DNA of 63,768 nt, the filler included, from Licmophora abbreviata (lineage: Eukaryota), in assembly GCA_900291995.1 (NCBI GenBank). It is 7 parts of 7 records of this genome, joined end to end, with 100 filler letters (N's around TTAATTAATTAA, not from the genome) between each part and the next. Parts side by side here need not be neighbours in the genome. Positions count along the whole stretch, not along the records: positions 1 to 17,499 come from OLMU01004936.1; positions 17,600 to 24,925 come from OLMU01004938.1; positions 25,026 to 40,252 come from OLMU01004939.1; 4 more parts are not named here. One strand, given 5' to 3'. The position numbers and the translations under genes were made by a program. Positions 12,610 to 25,868 of this stretch are shown here, piece after piece. The notes beneath the pieces are model-generated. The model was not told the DNA's origin and did not search any database. It saw nothing but the letters and a program-made list of their open reading frames with translations. Positions within the stretch are counted from its first letter, which is position 1. The number at the start of each line of letters is the position of its first letter.

Positions 12610-12890
12610 GGCGCATCAGCGGGACCTCTGCCCTCGCCGTCTTGGTCGGTCATCGGACGCCGTGAGAGCGCCTCGTCGCGATTGACTGACTCGACTCATT
12701 CGTGTGTAACAAGCGAGGATCAATCAATCTACCTCGGTAGTCTAGCCTTCATCATCCGTGCATTGTAACGATAATAACCAACTTGCTACTATTGGATTGT
12801 CTTACAACCTCTTGTCCATTGAGTCGAAGCCCTGCGAGAACACAGTCTAGTAGAACTCTACAGAGCTGCTTCCCCGTAGTGATATTCATA

Positions 12891-15497
12891 TCAGTTGACA
12901 GGTTGAACTGAAGGGACTCCTGTAATGATGCCGACTCCCCTGACTCTGCCATCACGAAAGAGCATCCGCATACCTGGCCGAATATACTCCTATAGAATCG
13001 AAAAAGATCATGGAATTGTTAGAATGAGGGGTAATCGCATCATCGGGACAGAGATACACTGAGCAAGCCGCAATCACAAACACGCACCGGTCGCTTGGCA
13101 AACTCAAAGCGAACTTTCGCCCGGGATCCGGGGCGTAACACTATCCCGTCATCTTCTTCGTCGTGAGCTGCAGCGTGACTCGGAGGAAGTCCCATTGCGT
13201 TGTGGTTGACAATCTCAATGTCACGTGCGAATGCACTCTGTCGCACATTCAGAATGTGAACGTAGGCCTGGTACGATCGACGAATCGTCGTGCCTTCGCC
13301 CTTGAGAACACAAATCTCAGCATCGAACTCGCGCGTCGACGTCGGTGACTCTTTCAACACAACCATTCCCCGTCGCAACTTCTTGCGTAGTTCCTTGTTG
13401 AGAGAAAAGGCCAAGCAGGCAGACTGTCCAGACGTCACATGGGAGGTGTTTATTCTCGCAATGTGAGCGGACTTAGCGACAGTCTTCATGAAAGTTCCAT
13501 CGTCCGTCGGTCCCACATACACATGCGAGTTGGCACCCACTGTTAGCTCTCCGGCATTCACAAAGCCCGACACGACCCCTCCGACACCGGGGACATTGAA
13601 AATGTCCTCCACGAGAAACTCAAACGACCGCTTCGCCTTCTTTTCATGGCGACGACGCTTTGGCAGAGCAAAGAGCATCTTCTGTAGCAAGTCAACTCCC
13701 TCTCCCGTCACACAGGAGGTTTCGATCATTGGAGCAAGCGTGTGCAACTTTCCTATACACGTGGCAATGTCCTGCTCGTTGCGCACGGCAAACGGCTTCT
13801 TTCCGACATCTGGTGCACGCAGCATCTTCGTCACTTCCTTCTTGGAGATCTGGAACGCATGTTCGGGACAACCGTCGACCTTCGTGAAGACAACAATCAC
13901 CGGAATTCCAAAACTGCAACAAAGGTTCAAATGATGCTGAGTCATGTGGGTAGGAGGATGACGACTGTTGACGAGAATGAGACTGTAATCGGCCATGCCC
14001 GATGACACTCCGTGGATCGTCGTCTTGAGGTACTTTTCGTGTCCGGCAAGATCCATCAATGTAATGATGCGATACGACTCACGGGCAACCTCATCTTCCG
14101 TCTTGCGCTTGTTGGCACGAATCTGATCGCGTCCTACAATGGGCTCTCCCGTGGATCGAAATCCCATGAGATGCGTCGTGGCCGTCGACGTTCGTCCGCT
14201 CTCAATCTCATGGCGATGTTTCATGATGGACGTTCGACTCTTACCACGTCCGTCGTCCAAACATGATGTTGTTAATGTCCCAATCAAGGTACTCTTCCCA
14301 GCGTCAACATTTCCGACGACAGCAACGCGAATGTTGCGCGACGAGAGCGTTTCCGAAATAGAGACGTGCTCCGGAGTCTTCGTGCTGCCAGCGGTTGGTT
14401 TCATAGCGACATGCGCGCTCTTCTTCTGTCCCGTCAGCGCCTCTTCCTTATCGACTTCCGCTGCTTTCGCCAATGCCGCTAATGATAATGGCGAGGGATC
14501 TAATAGGTGCGTCTCGATGCGCTGAATCATCAGTTCGCATCGCGTGTAGGCCCCGTCTTCTGTATGTAGCTTTTGTATCCTAAGGTTGCTGTCCTCCTTT
14601 TCTTCTTTCCCATCTTCTTCATCATCAGCATCTTCCTCGTCTACTTCCTCTACTACTTCCTCTCCGTCATGAACGAATCGACTGTTGTGTAATATGGGCG
14701 GCTGCTTGACGATCACCGGCGGTTCATCTTGCTCCGTGCGTCCCACAGGCACCCCGTCTGAAGTTGCACTCAGTTCCTTCTGAATCATGGTACGCTCAAG
14801 TACTACTGCATTGAGAGATCGAGCAATATACTCAAGTGTCCGTGCCGATTCAGCGACACTGTTGAAGTCCAACAGGGAGTGACATCCATCGTCTTCCACA
14901 CCAATTCGATAGATGCAGCAACCGTGGCCCTCATCCAAGCGGTACGACATTTGTGTTGCCAACGAACGCAATCGAGCAGCCGTCGCATGATGAACTTGTC
15001 GTTTGTATTCCACATTTCCTGTCTAACAAATGAAAAAGAAAGAGAGAGAGAGCATGAGCCGGTATCATTAATGGCAAGAGGCGATACTCAATATAGGGAA
15101 TCGAAAAAGATGTCGATGCAGCAGCGGCAAAGTGAAAGTCAATTTTCTCCAGAAGATCGTTACAAGATACGTCAAGATTCGGCTTTCAATGCATTCAAGA
15201 GTGTACAATCAGCGTTGCATACACTGCTCGGCAATCAACCGACACGAACAGCACCAAAAATACGCTTCCCCCCAAGGCACATATCATGGTGGCGCGTTCT
15301 TCGATATTGCAAGATTCGTAGTACTGTGATCTACGTAGCTTCAACGTGATGGGTGTCCCAGGCAAACATACTGCGCCAGCGACACGCCGACGTACCTCTG
15401 CTTCAGGTTCCACAACGGGAATGGAACGCTTAATCCTGGCTAGCTCCCACTGCTTGTGCTTGAGAGCAGCTTCCTCTTCATCGAGAGAGGGCGCCAT
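12891..15497 (-). CDS. GTP-binding protein GTPBP1/GTPBP2 family (translational GTPase)
   Basis: Exons 15497-15396, 15022-13088 and 12989-12891. Motifs PEAE|TGNVEYKR, GNVDAGKSTL, DLAGHEKY, TKVD. Last exon EYIRPGMRMLFRDGRVRGVG. Confidence 0.92.
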
Positions 15498-15949
15498 GGT
15501 CGATGCAAACAAGAACAGGTATTGCAATAGCAACACTGTCGGAACGCACACACAGTCCGTCGAAATTGAAAAAGTGAAGTCAAAGATTAAAGATTGGAAT
15601 GATTCGATTCGACTCACTCGACTGGACTCGATTCAGTCACGGGTGATGGAGGGACTGACCCCTCTAAGGTGTGCTGACGCGTACTGTCTATCGCTCAGAT
15701 CGGGATATTTTAGTAAGAAGATTGAACGGTACGACTCACTCACGCTAGGTTTGTTTGGGTGGAGGATGAATGACGTTCGCGTGTCGATCTTTTTCAGTCT
15801 GCTGTGCTCAAGATACTGTTAAACAATCATTGCAATAACGAGACATCTGAGAAACTCGTAGGTCTGGTCGAGTCGGTCTTTGTTGCTGTCTAGACTTCAA
15901 GCCCTGTCCAGCTTTGCGTCAGAGTCGCCAAACGATCGCTCGCACTACT

Positions 15950-17081
15950 ATGGCACCGCTTAGTACGAATCTATCCTTGTGTGGCTGCGCATTAGCCTTG
16001 TTGATTTCGGGCCGCGAAACTACCGCTTTCTCGCCGCCATCGCCGCTAAGGCGGTCGTTCGCATCCAGTACCGGCAGCATCAACAGAGCTTTTGCATCCT
16101 CGCGTCTCTACAGTCAGGATCCCGAGAAGCAGGTCGTCTTGACCAGTGGTAAAAAGGAGATTGCTTACGATGAGTCCTCGGGTCGGTTCTTCGAAGTCGA
16201 TGAAGAATGCATTCCCGACGAGGAATACTGCATCATTGACGAAAACTCGGGGAAAGCCATTCGCTTGACGGTCGAAGAGAAAGAACGCATTTTTCTGGAT
16301 GCCCTTCAGGTGGGTGGACGTCACACTATAATAGCGACGGAGCGTGTGAAATTTCGTTGTTTCCAGCTGCTTCTATTCCATTCCCCTGCCGGTATTGCTC
16401 ACCCCTTCTTGATTATTATACACTTTACCCCCACAGTCCTACTACGCGAGTGGACGACAGCTCCTTGACGACACTGAGTTTGATCGCTTGAAGGAAGATC
16501 TCTCGTGGAGCGGATCGCAGCTCGTCGAGATGAACCGAAAGGAAGCCAAGTACCTCGCCTCCATGCAAGCCTACCTCAAGGGATCTCCCATCCTCTCAGA
16601 CAAGGAATTCGACTCCCTCAAGCGTGAACTCAAGGAAGCAGGTTCCAAGTTCGCCGTTTCTACCGAACCCAAGTGCTACATCGATACTGGTATCTGTACC
16701 GTCACCTTCCAAAAAGACAGCTTCCGAGACAATCTTCTCTACCTACCGGCCGGTGCCGTTCTCTCCCTCGTCTGGATCGGGATTGGATTTGAACTCATTG
16801 AGCCCATCATTCGACTCAATCCTATCATTCTCGCGTTGCTCGGATCTCCGCTTATTGTTGGAGGTACCAAGGCCATTACCGATGGTTTCATCTTTACCGA
16901 CAACTTTGTTGCCTACGGCCCCTGTCCTTCGTGTGAGGTGGAGAACCGCGTGTACTTTGGTGGTATTCTCGGTGTCGAGGGATTCACCGACAAGGCGAGT
17001 GTCAAGTGTCCCAACTGCAAAACAGAATTCTCAGTGCTTCGAAGCTCACTCCGAGCATCAACGATTCCGAAGGACGCGTAA
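15950..17081 (+). CDS. PGRL1: PGR5-like protein PGRL1 (thylakoid, cyclic electron flow)
   Basis: Signal peptide plus TAF motif. EKERIFLDALQ|SYY..EFDRLKEDLSWSGS (intron 16310-16436). Two TM helices, GPCPSC and KCPNC motifs. Confidence 0.9.
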
Positions 17082-17271
17082 GAGAAAGTATGAGTGAATT
17101 GAATCAAATCGCATGGTGAAAGATGACAAGTGTACCGTATTTGGGGAGCGCCATTGCCGTATTATACTCTTTTTCTAGCTACGGTAGCATGAGGGCGGAA
17201 GCGACTTATAAATTCAACCAAACTCTACTGAATCTACTTCATAGGATGTATACTGGAACGTTGCACTGCTT

Positions 17272-18661
17272 CTATAGGGCTAGTAAGTTGCGATTCCGAG
17301 CAGTCTTTTTTCCATTCCTCGCAGCGGTGGCCTTGTCGAGCTGTCGAAAGCTGAGCCACGATCGTGTGCGAGGAACTGAAGGGCGCCTGTCGTCGTCCTT
17401 TTTTGAGTGAGGTGACGGATGAAAGGCATCGCCAAACCACGATGCAAAGAACTTTTTCCGGAGTGTGTCCAGCCACAAGACGCTCGAGCTCAAGAAGGCN
17501 NNNNNNNNNNNNNNNNNNNNNNNNNNNNNNNNNNNNNNNNNNNTTAATTAATTAANNNNNNNNNNNNNNNNNNNNNNNNNNNNNNNNNNNNNNNNNNNNA
17601 TGAACCATCCAATGGCGCCGATGATGGCAATGAAGACACTACTGGAGTACGCCAATCGCTGACCCAACTCATCAATCCGCAGTTGCAAGGGCGACTTTCG
17701 GCTTGATACTGTGGAGAGTTCACAAGCAATCTTGCCAAATTCAGTCGCAGTACCGACTGCCACTACGAGCGCACGACCCCTGCCCCCGTTCACAAGCGTT
17801 CCGCAAAAGACAACGTTGCGCTGCGACGTAAGTGCGGGAGAACTGGTCGAGGCAGGGGCGATGCCTTCGCCTGTCTTGTAGACGGGATGGTTTTCGCCCG
17901 TCAGGGAGGATTCGTCCAGCATAAGTTCAACGCTGTCGACGACACGACAATCGGCAGGAACACGACTGCGAGGATAAGAGTAGTATAGAGAAGAGAGAGT
18001 TCATGGAGTGAAGAAAAGAGGCATTGTGAAAATATGAGCAGTCGTCGTTTGTTACATGTACACAGTACACTCACAAGCCCGACAGATAGAATACTGTAGC
18101 TACTCACTCTCCAGTCGCCAGCAGTACTAAATCTCCAACAACCAGCTCCTTTGCCAGAAACCCGTCCAGCACTCGACCATCGCGTAGTACCGTGCAGGTG
18201 TAGGGGACAAGATTATGCAATTTTTCGAGAGCCGCCTCGGATCGAAATTCCTGCACTGCTGCCACCAGCGAAACAATCAACAAGGCAATAGCGATACTGA
18301 TGGCGTCAGCCTTATTTCCGAGCATCAATGAGAGTCCAGCCGACCCCAGGAGCATGATAATGAGCGGCTCCTTGAGCTGCCCGACAAATGCAGAGAGTAT
18401 CGGGACAAGACAGGGCGAGATGCGGTGCAGGAAGCCCTTGTCGTTGCGCTCATCACCATCGTCTCCCTGCATCGTGTTGCTTCCAAACAAGTTTCTCAGG
18501 ACGGGTACCTGCCGCGAGGACCACCCGCGATTGAGTAACTGCGAGGAAGACGGGTCGCCGCCCGGCAGTCCCGATAAGGACGACAAGTGCCGAGCCACTT
18601 CTTCCGGCTGCCACGTGCACTCATCCGTCCGACTGTACGGATACGACGAAGACGCTGTCAT
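17272..18661 (-). CDS. P-type Ca2+/Mn2+ ATPase (PMR1/SPCA type), central part lost in a scaffold gap
   Basis: QEFRSEAALEKL, LVVGDLVLL and DESSLTGE motifs on the right of the gap. SSSVLWLDTLRKKFF (last-TM-like C-terminus) lies left of the gap on the same strand. Confidence 0.85.
17500..17599. other. Artificial spacer N44-TTAATTAATTAA-N44 (scaffold gap)
   Basis: Exactly 100 nt, with a six-frame stop linker in the middle. Identical at six sites. Confidence 0.97.
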
Positions 18662-19199
18662 GTTGGATGTAAAACGATGCCGGACGCTCCTCTCTCGTGT
18701 GGTGGGTGGGGTAAACAATACTGGAGTAGACTATATTCAATATAGGTACGGTATTTTTAAGCCAAGTCTTTTTTTCGTCATGGTCTCGTCATCACGAATC
18801 AAACCGCGTGTGGCTCAAAAAACGCGCGCGGTCTTGCGCATCAGAGGACGGCGACCTTGTATGCAATGTTTGTATCATATTGTTATGTTATGATACCGGA
18901 AGGGTCGACGGGTGTGGCTAGGCTTCTCTTGGTGTCAACCCTGCGCAGACTAAAGTAGTACTCGTAAGCCTACAACATACGTTACGACTCTGGTTCGAGT
19001 GCATTACAAATTGATGCCCTTGAGTCTTGATTTCCTCTATTGCTTGTGGCTGCAGGCTGGCTGCTGGGATACTATCATAGTCGCAGCATAGAGCATACCT
19101 CCCGTGGACGCCGCCCCTCGCGCAACTCCAAACACCCGTAGCAGATTTTCCATCATGACATTTCTAGCTCCCATTATCCATCTCCATTCACCTCCTGAA

Positions 19200-20064
19200 C
19201 TATCGCACTCTCGACAGCTGAACTTCGAGATACACGTACTCCCCCGGCACATCCTTGCGAACATTCTGTACACGTCTCATTTGCTGCCGTGGTCCAAATC
19301 CCACCGGAACAGGACCCGGCTTGCCATCTTCAAGTCCCTCCACATACGCCAACGAGGGTGGAATCAACAATCGACGTACTCCTCCCACCTTCATGCCCCG
19401 GACGCCCTCATCGACGCCAGCAATAGCGTTACCATCACCAATGGTAAAGATAAAAGGCACCCCATTGTTGGTGGCCGACGAATCCACAAAGTATCCATTA
19501 GATTTACGCAAGACCCATTGGAGATTGACGCGACTGCCAGGGCGGGCGATATCATTGTCACTTCCAGATGAACCGCTTCGCAGATCGGCGTAGACGACGC
19601 CACTGTCCAATTTCTTGTACGCCTCTCGAGGTACAGGAGCAGCCTCGTCCATATCGGCCAAGGCAGCAGTGCCCTGCCGATAGTCTTCTTTCAAATCCTT
19701 TTTGTGTTTCAAATAGAAGGCGTGTGACAAAAGTACAGTATGTTGAGAAGGCATGACTTCGTGTTGGAGACGGTCACTCGTGGAAACATCATACATCATT
19801 TGACCTCCATACCTTGCCCAGGGCTTTCTCGGGGAAAAGAAGAACGAATCCAGCTGCGCTTCCAGCACTCACGAGTCCACTCAGTATTCTACGACGATCT
19901 GGCATGCTATCCTCGTGTGATCTTTGATGTGACGACATCATGATGGTTGATAATGACATCTCTCGACAACCAAGAGCATGCGAGTGGGTGTGATGGCGGG
20001 AAACGAAAGAAAAAGTCTCGTTGGTTGTTGCCAGCAGGAGAAAGACGATACTTGTGGCTTTCAT
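19200..20064 (-). CDS. Thylakoid-lumen FKBP-type peptidyl-prolyl isomerase
   Basis: Signal peptide, transit peptide and a Tat-like DRRRILSGL motif in exon 1 (20064-19813). Intron 19812-19698. FKBP motifs IAGVDEGVRGMKVGGVRRLLIPPSLAY. Confidence 0.9.
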
Positions 20065-20366
20065 GATCACTAGAAGTTTCGATGTGGTCCTGCGACAGAG
20101 GGTCCACAGAATTGCACGGCGGGTCGAGACGAGGATGAGGAGCGGCCTTTCTCACTACCAAAAGTACAAAAGTAGTGTTGTGTTCCGCGCGCGTACGTCA
20201 GTTTAAAAATTGATTGAGTCGATGGAGTCAAAGACATATCACGAGCTCGCGCTCGGATAACTCACGACTTCAAAGTCTTTGAACATCGCTCAAATCTCAA
20301 ATCGCCCTAACGCCAAACTCCGAATTCTAAACTCCAAATTCTGGACATCATATCATCAGCACGACC

Positions 20367-22320
20367 ATGGCGGCCGAAGTACCACCGCACGATGGCAATC
20401 CCAACGCCCACCATGCCATCCCCCAAGACCTGGAGAGTGCTGGAGGAGGCCATGGAATGGTGGCTCGTAGCAATACTAACGCTACTGTTCTTCCGGAACG
20501 TCAGTCGCTTACTTGGCAGCGTGTAGGATTGAACCCAAATTCTGTCGTGCCGCCACCGCGTAGCGGGGCTGCATCTGTGGTTGTCAGAGGCAAGCTGTAC
20601 ATGTGAGTAGGATAAAAATGGAATCTGTGGGTGTTGAATTTCGAAGGAAGGGAGACTCACAGTTATTTCTCACGTCGCGAAGGTTCGGTGGATACGGTGG
20701 AGGAACAGGGCGGCTGGATGATTTCTACAGTTTTTCCTTTGATACGGGACTATGGGAAGAGGTGGAAGTGCTGAGTACAGAAAAGCCTGGTTGTAGGGAA
20801 AACAACGGCGTCGTGATTGGTGATTCATCTAGAGTCTATCTTTTCGGCGGCTACAACGGTACGACTTCGTTTGGCAACACTTTGCGGTCATGGTGAAATA
20901 AATTGTGCATGTTCGATAGGGACTCAGCTTCTCTGCTCTTGCTGCGATTGATACAGGTACCAGCTGGTTGAACGATCTCTGGTTCTTTGATATCGACACG
21001 AAACGATGGACGTGTATTCAAGAATCGAGCGACACGAGTACGGGTGAAGAAGGAGACGCTGGTGGACAGGGTCCGCTTGGAAATCATTTCCCCGGCGACC
21101 AAGCCCCTGGAGTCATTCGCGGTCCAGTCCCCTCGCGTCGGTTCGGATACGTTTCAGTAGTTCACCAAGACAAACTCGTGCTTTTTGGTGGATTCGACGG
21201 TTATCGTTGGCTCAACGACATGTACGAGTTTGATTTTGTGACGCGCTCGTGGCGTGAGATACAGGCTCGCGGGGCGCTTCCCACGGTTCGCTCTTGTCCC
21301 GCATGGGCCAAGGACGATTCCTTCGTCTACATTCAGGGCGGATACGACGGCGTGGAGCGCAAGTCGGATTTCTTTGCGTGCGACCTGGCGACGTATACGT
21401 GGACAGAAATGCCATGTTTGGGGACACCACCGTCTCCTCGTTACTTTCATTCGTGTTGTCTGTATGGTAGTAAGATGTACTTGTATGGAGGTTACAGTGG
21501 AAATGAACGAATGGCGGACATGCACTGCTACGACTTCGACACGAACCACTGGAGCCAGGTCGATTGCACCAATGGCGATGCTCCGAGTGGGCGGAGCTCC
21601 TTGGTGGCACAAGTGTTCGAGAATTGTTTGTACGTATTTGGTGGCTACAATGGCGCCACCGTTTTGAATGACTTTTACAGGTTTCGACTCAAGCCTGTCA
21701 GCGTACCGCCTTCGGCGTTGGTTCAAGATATGACGAAATTGCTGCACTCACCAGAGCTCTCAGATATTACTTTTTTGGTGGAGGGCAAGGAAGTACAAGC
21801 GAATCGCGCTATTTTGGCTGTCCGGAGTGAATACTTTCGAGCGATGTTGTACAATGGTGGTATGAGGGAAAGTATGATGTCGCACTCACGACCGATCGAA
21901 TTGAAGGACGTATCCCACGACGTCTTTCTCAAAGTGCTCGAGTACTTGTACACGGACAATGTACGCGGTATTTCGCTAGAAATCGGTATTCCCTTGTTGA
22001 TTGCCAGTGAACATTTCATGTTGGATCGGTTGAAGGGGCTTTGCGAGGATATCATCCGTCGCGACGTGAACGTCGACAATGTAATTGGTATTCTCGTGGC
22101 TAGTCATCGCCACAATGCGGAAGGCTTGAAGGATATCGCTCTGGACTACATCATGCGCAACTTGAACGAGCCCAACATTATGGTCGGACTGTCGGACTTG
22201 AAATCAGAGCCAGACTTGCTGGTGGAGATCATCAAACGCAATTCGGGACTTTTGCAGCCCCCTTCGCCGGATGCTGGGCAGTCGCAACCAGCCGGAGGTC
22301 CTTTTGGAGCCGGACGTTGA
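20367..22320 (+). CDS. Kelch-repeat + BTB/POZ protein (LZTR1-like)
   Basis: Repeated (F/Y)GGY(D/N)G...ND kelch blades. BTB SDITFLVEGKEVQANRAILAVRSEYFRAM. Two short 5' introns. Confidence 0.9.
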
Positions 22321-22460
22321 GCAAAGCTTATGGATGTAAAACAGTGTTGAGTAAAAGTTGGATAAAGTCGTACATGAGATTGTACCAGGCACGCGTCGGT
22401 TGGTAGCTATTTGAGCTTTCTATTTCGGTCCTCTTCGTTGTGCAAAGCCAATGCTTGCTA

Positions 22461-25400
22461 TTATGCGTAGTAAATGTGGGACAAAACGATGGTGGCATCA
22501 CGGCCGCTTGTACTGCGCACGCGAATCGCAACCTCGAAAGTTTTACCCACGTCGGATTCGTCGCGCTCCTCTTCCGCCATAGCCTCGTCGAGGAGAAGGG
22601 GATACACCATTACGCCATCGACGATTTCAGTGCTCTTTTCACGAAATTCACTCCTGGACAGGGTCGTGGTCTTACCATTGACAGCGAGGTCAAGCATAAC
22701 AAGATCGCCAGTCCCGAGTTCACGGCCGTCATCGTCGGTACCGTTGTCACTGCCACCCGGAACGCTTCCTTGATCCACGGTTGTCCATCCTTCCGTCCGC
22801 TTATTGATTCGGGGACCGACAGCCAAGTCGATTCGCGCTAGTATTATTCCTTCCTTGATGCCCGGAATGCTCAACTTCAGCCATCCACTCAGTCCATCAC
22901 CCAGAAGACCAGATTGGTGGTCGTTATGGCCTGCCATAAGACATCGACTGTCAGAAGCTCGATTGCAAGTTGACTGCGATGATCCATCACAAAAGCCGGT
23001 CACATGCTTATAGACGGACCAGCCCTTTCCGGCGGGAATGTCTGAAGATGAAGTGGCTGCCAGCCGCCTGTGGGGAGTTTCGATCGCAGGCTTCTCCGTA
23101 GATGTCCACGAGAAGAGAGATCCGTGTACAATAGCGCGGGACATCCGTCGCCAATTGCTTCCGTCGATATCATCAGAGGTATCGTCGTCGTCGTTGTCGT
23201 CGTCCTCAGTGTAGTCATCGGTATAGGCCCAATCAATGCCATCGTCGTCATACGAGTAATCATCATAGGCTCCGTCGGGAGGCGGTGCGGCCGTTACAAT
23301 GGCGATGGCGTGAACATCGATCTGATCCAATGGGATGGCCCACCGATGGGGGAGAAGGTCGATCCCTTCGTAAACCTCTGCGGCGTAGGGGTAGATGCTG
23401 GACACATTCATGTCAGGGTGGAGAATAGCTCTGAGTCCCACTCGCAGCGGAGTCACGCGTGGCGTCCAATCAGTGTACGCATGCATAGCTAGATGACACA
23501 CCATGGGAAAGGATGGAAACAAACTCTCGCACGCGGTGCGCTTATTGCCGTCATCGCCAACGTTCGTCCGGACACTCTCCCGGATGTTCTCGTATACGTC
23601 ACCCACATGCCAGTAGTCTTCTTTCAGAGGAAATCCATCCACCTCAATACCGTTCTCCCACACGTCGAATGCAGCTTCGAGGGCGTGTAAGATAAGCAAA
23701 CTCAATTTCCGACCTTCCAGCTGATGCGCTCGATATCCTGGATACCCCGTCGTCGGTTTGATCACCGTATCTTGAGGGATGACTGGAACGACGCCGTCCT
23801 TGCGATTGATCCAGCACACTGAATCGTAGGCGTGCGCAGGACACAACGTCGATTTGGTATTGCCTCCCTTACAGGTCACGAACTGACAGGCGGGTGTCGA
23901 CTGACCCTCGTCCTGCGCGGCGTCGCACATGTCGTGTCCCGGCTGTAGGCTCCCGGTCCATGCCGTGCCCTTCGAATCAGAAACGACGTTACCCGGGTAT
24001 GGTGTTAGCAAGAGTGGAACTCGAGCTCCTGACATAATCGCCTGCCTATGCAGCAAGTCCAATTGACCTTCCGATTCCGCAGTTTCGGATGAGTACCATA
24101 AAATATCCGCTTCGCCGTAGATATCTGCGCCTCCCATTGAGCTGAAGGTGGTGGAAGCGTCTTGCATCGCCATGTTGCGACTTATGAGTCTCATACCCAA
24201 TATATTTAGCACAGGCTCCATCAGATAGTGGAACGAAATGACAGATGATTGAATAAAGTTGTTTCCGTGTCCAGCAGCGGTCCCATCACCAGCCAAGACA
24301 ATGTAAAAGTCTCCGTTGGTAACGATCCCGTGCAGCAGCTTCCTCACGAGTCCGTTCCATGCATTCCGATTCAGATAGGCGATCCCTTTGAACGGTTCTC
24401 GCGTCTCCATGTCTACCGCCTGTCTTTCCTCATTGACCTGAAAGTTATCAAGAATAACTCGAAAGACCTCATCACGTTCTCGCCGCTTCTCCTTTGAGAG
24501 CTTGGACGATTCTGGTTCGAACCCGTACTCGGCGAAGATTCCCGTCTTGACTCGATCGATCAGGTGACGAGCCTGTTCCAAAAACTTCGACACGTATTCT
24601 TCATCCGTCTGCCAGGAGTCAGGAGGAAAACTGCCAAGCGGTACATCGCCGTCTTGGAACTGTCTCGCGTCAAGTTTAGGACGAACTGCACCTTGCTGTT
24701 CATAGTAAGGGTCGATCAAGTCCCAAGCACCCCAGCCTTCCTTGACAGCATTCATCTTTTCGTCAAAGTCGTACTGCGCCTTATCCAGCACTGTATCATT
24801 CAAATCGTACAAATGGCTCGCAAAGGGCGATTGATATGGATCATGCCAATAATGCCCCTGCTCGTTCAAGACGTTCGCCATGCTCATTGACGGTACTTCC
24901 TGTCCCACATTCAAAAAAGGAAGTANNNNNNNNNNNNNNNNNNNNNNNNNNNNNNNNNNNNNNNNNNNNTTAATTAATTAANNNNNNNNNNNNNNNNNNN
25001 NNNNNNNNNNNNNNNNNNNNNNNNNGTCATCTTCATGTTTTTTTCTTGCTTTCGCTCCCGTCGGCTGTCCCGTATTCTGCTTTCCTCCAAAGGAGCTCTG
25101 GTGCACCCCTCGTGGATCCTCTTCCATATCGTGTTCCAACGTCCCGACCGTCGCACTCATTCGATCCACAAAGAGCAAAACGAGCCACCCCAAGAGCGCC
25201 AATACAATGGCATTGCGTACGGCAAAGGCAGTCTTGGTTCGAAGCAAATGGCGCACCCCAGCCGTCGAAAAGATGGAAGTCTGGCTACCCTGTGGCTTTT
25301 TCTTCTTGCGCAGCGTCAGTTTGCTCACGACGCTGCTAAAGTCGCCGCCTGTCTCGTCCACGAGTGACCCGATTTCTTCCTCAATTTCCAGTGGAGTCAT

Positions 25401-25469
25401 GCGAAGAGGAGACGGAAAGTAGCGACGATCCTGGTGCTCCCCACCGTTTGTGGTTTCGTTATTGTCCAT
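22461..25469 (-). CDS. Type II membrane protein with a degenerate SGNH-like domain and an acidic Asp/Tyr insert; spans a scaffold gap
   Basis: N-terminal part with one TM helix (25469-25026) and the 817-aa ORF (24914-22461) are collinear on the minus strand across the spacer. LAGDGTAAGHGNN and SRNMAM motifs. Confidence 0.65.
24926..25025. other. Artificial spacer (scaffold gap)
   Basis: N44-TTAATTAATTAA-N44. Confidence 0.97.
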
Positions 25470-25868
25470 GCTATTGGAAGATAGAAAGGAGGGGAGGCTT
25501 GAATCGCCAATTGCCAATGGATAAACACACAAAACTCAACAACAACACAGTCAAACATGAACAATCGAATCTTCCAAATTGCGGATCGAATTTCGAGCCG
25601 AGTTGCCACATGCGAGCTCTACATGGTACTACTACTCATCAGAGCTCGTTGTTCTGCTAATTTCAAACAGGAGTTCCCGCCAATTCCCGTGAAAGATGAT
25701 GAGCCGTACGAGAAAGTCTAATCAGAGCGAACGTAAAAAACTTTTCATCAGTGCGTAGAGTTCAATTCACATCTCCTTCATGCATTTAACTAGTGTTATT
25801 ACAGTCGGCGGCGGCTACCGGTACTCGTTCTATTCCGTTTTTGGCATGCCTTGGTGGTCGCGAGACTC

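Noticed and set aside
10360..15395. snoRNAs hosted in the longer introns (rpl17, plastid unknown, GTPBP)
   Set aside because: No convincing RTGATGA...CTGA pair with a terminal stem, and no H/ACA structure, could be seen by eye. An Infernal/Rfam scan would settle it.
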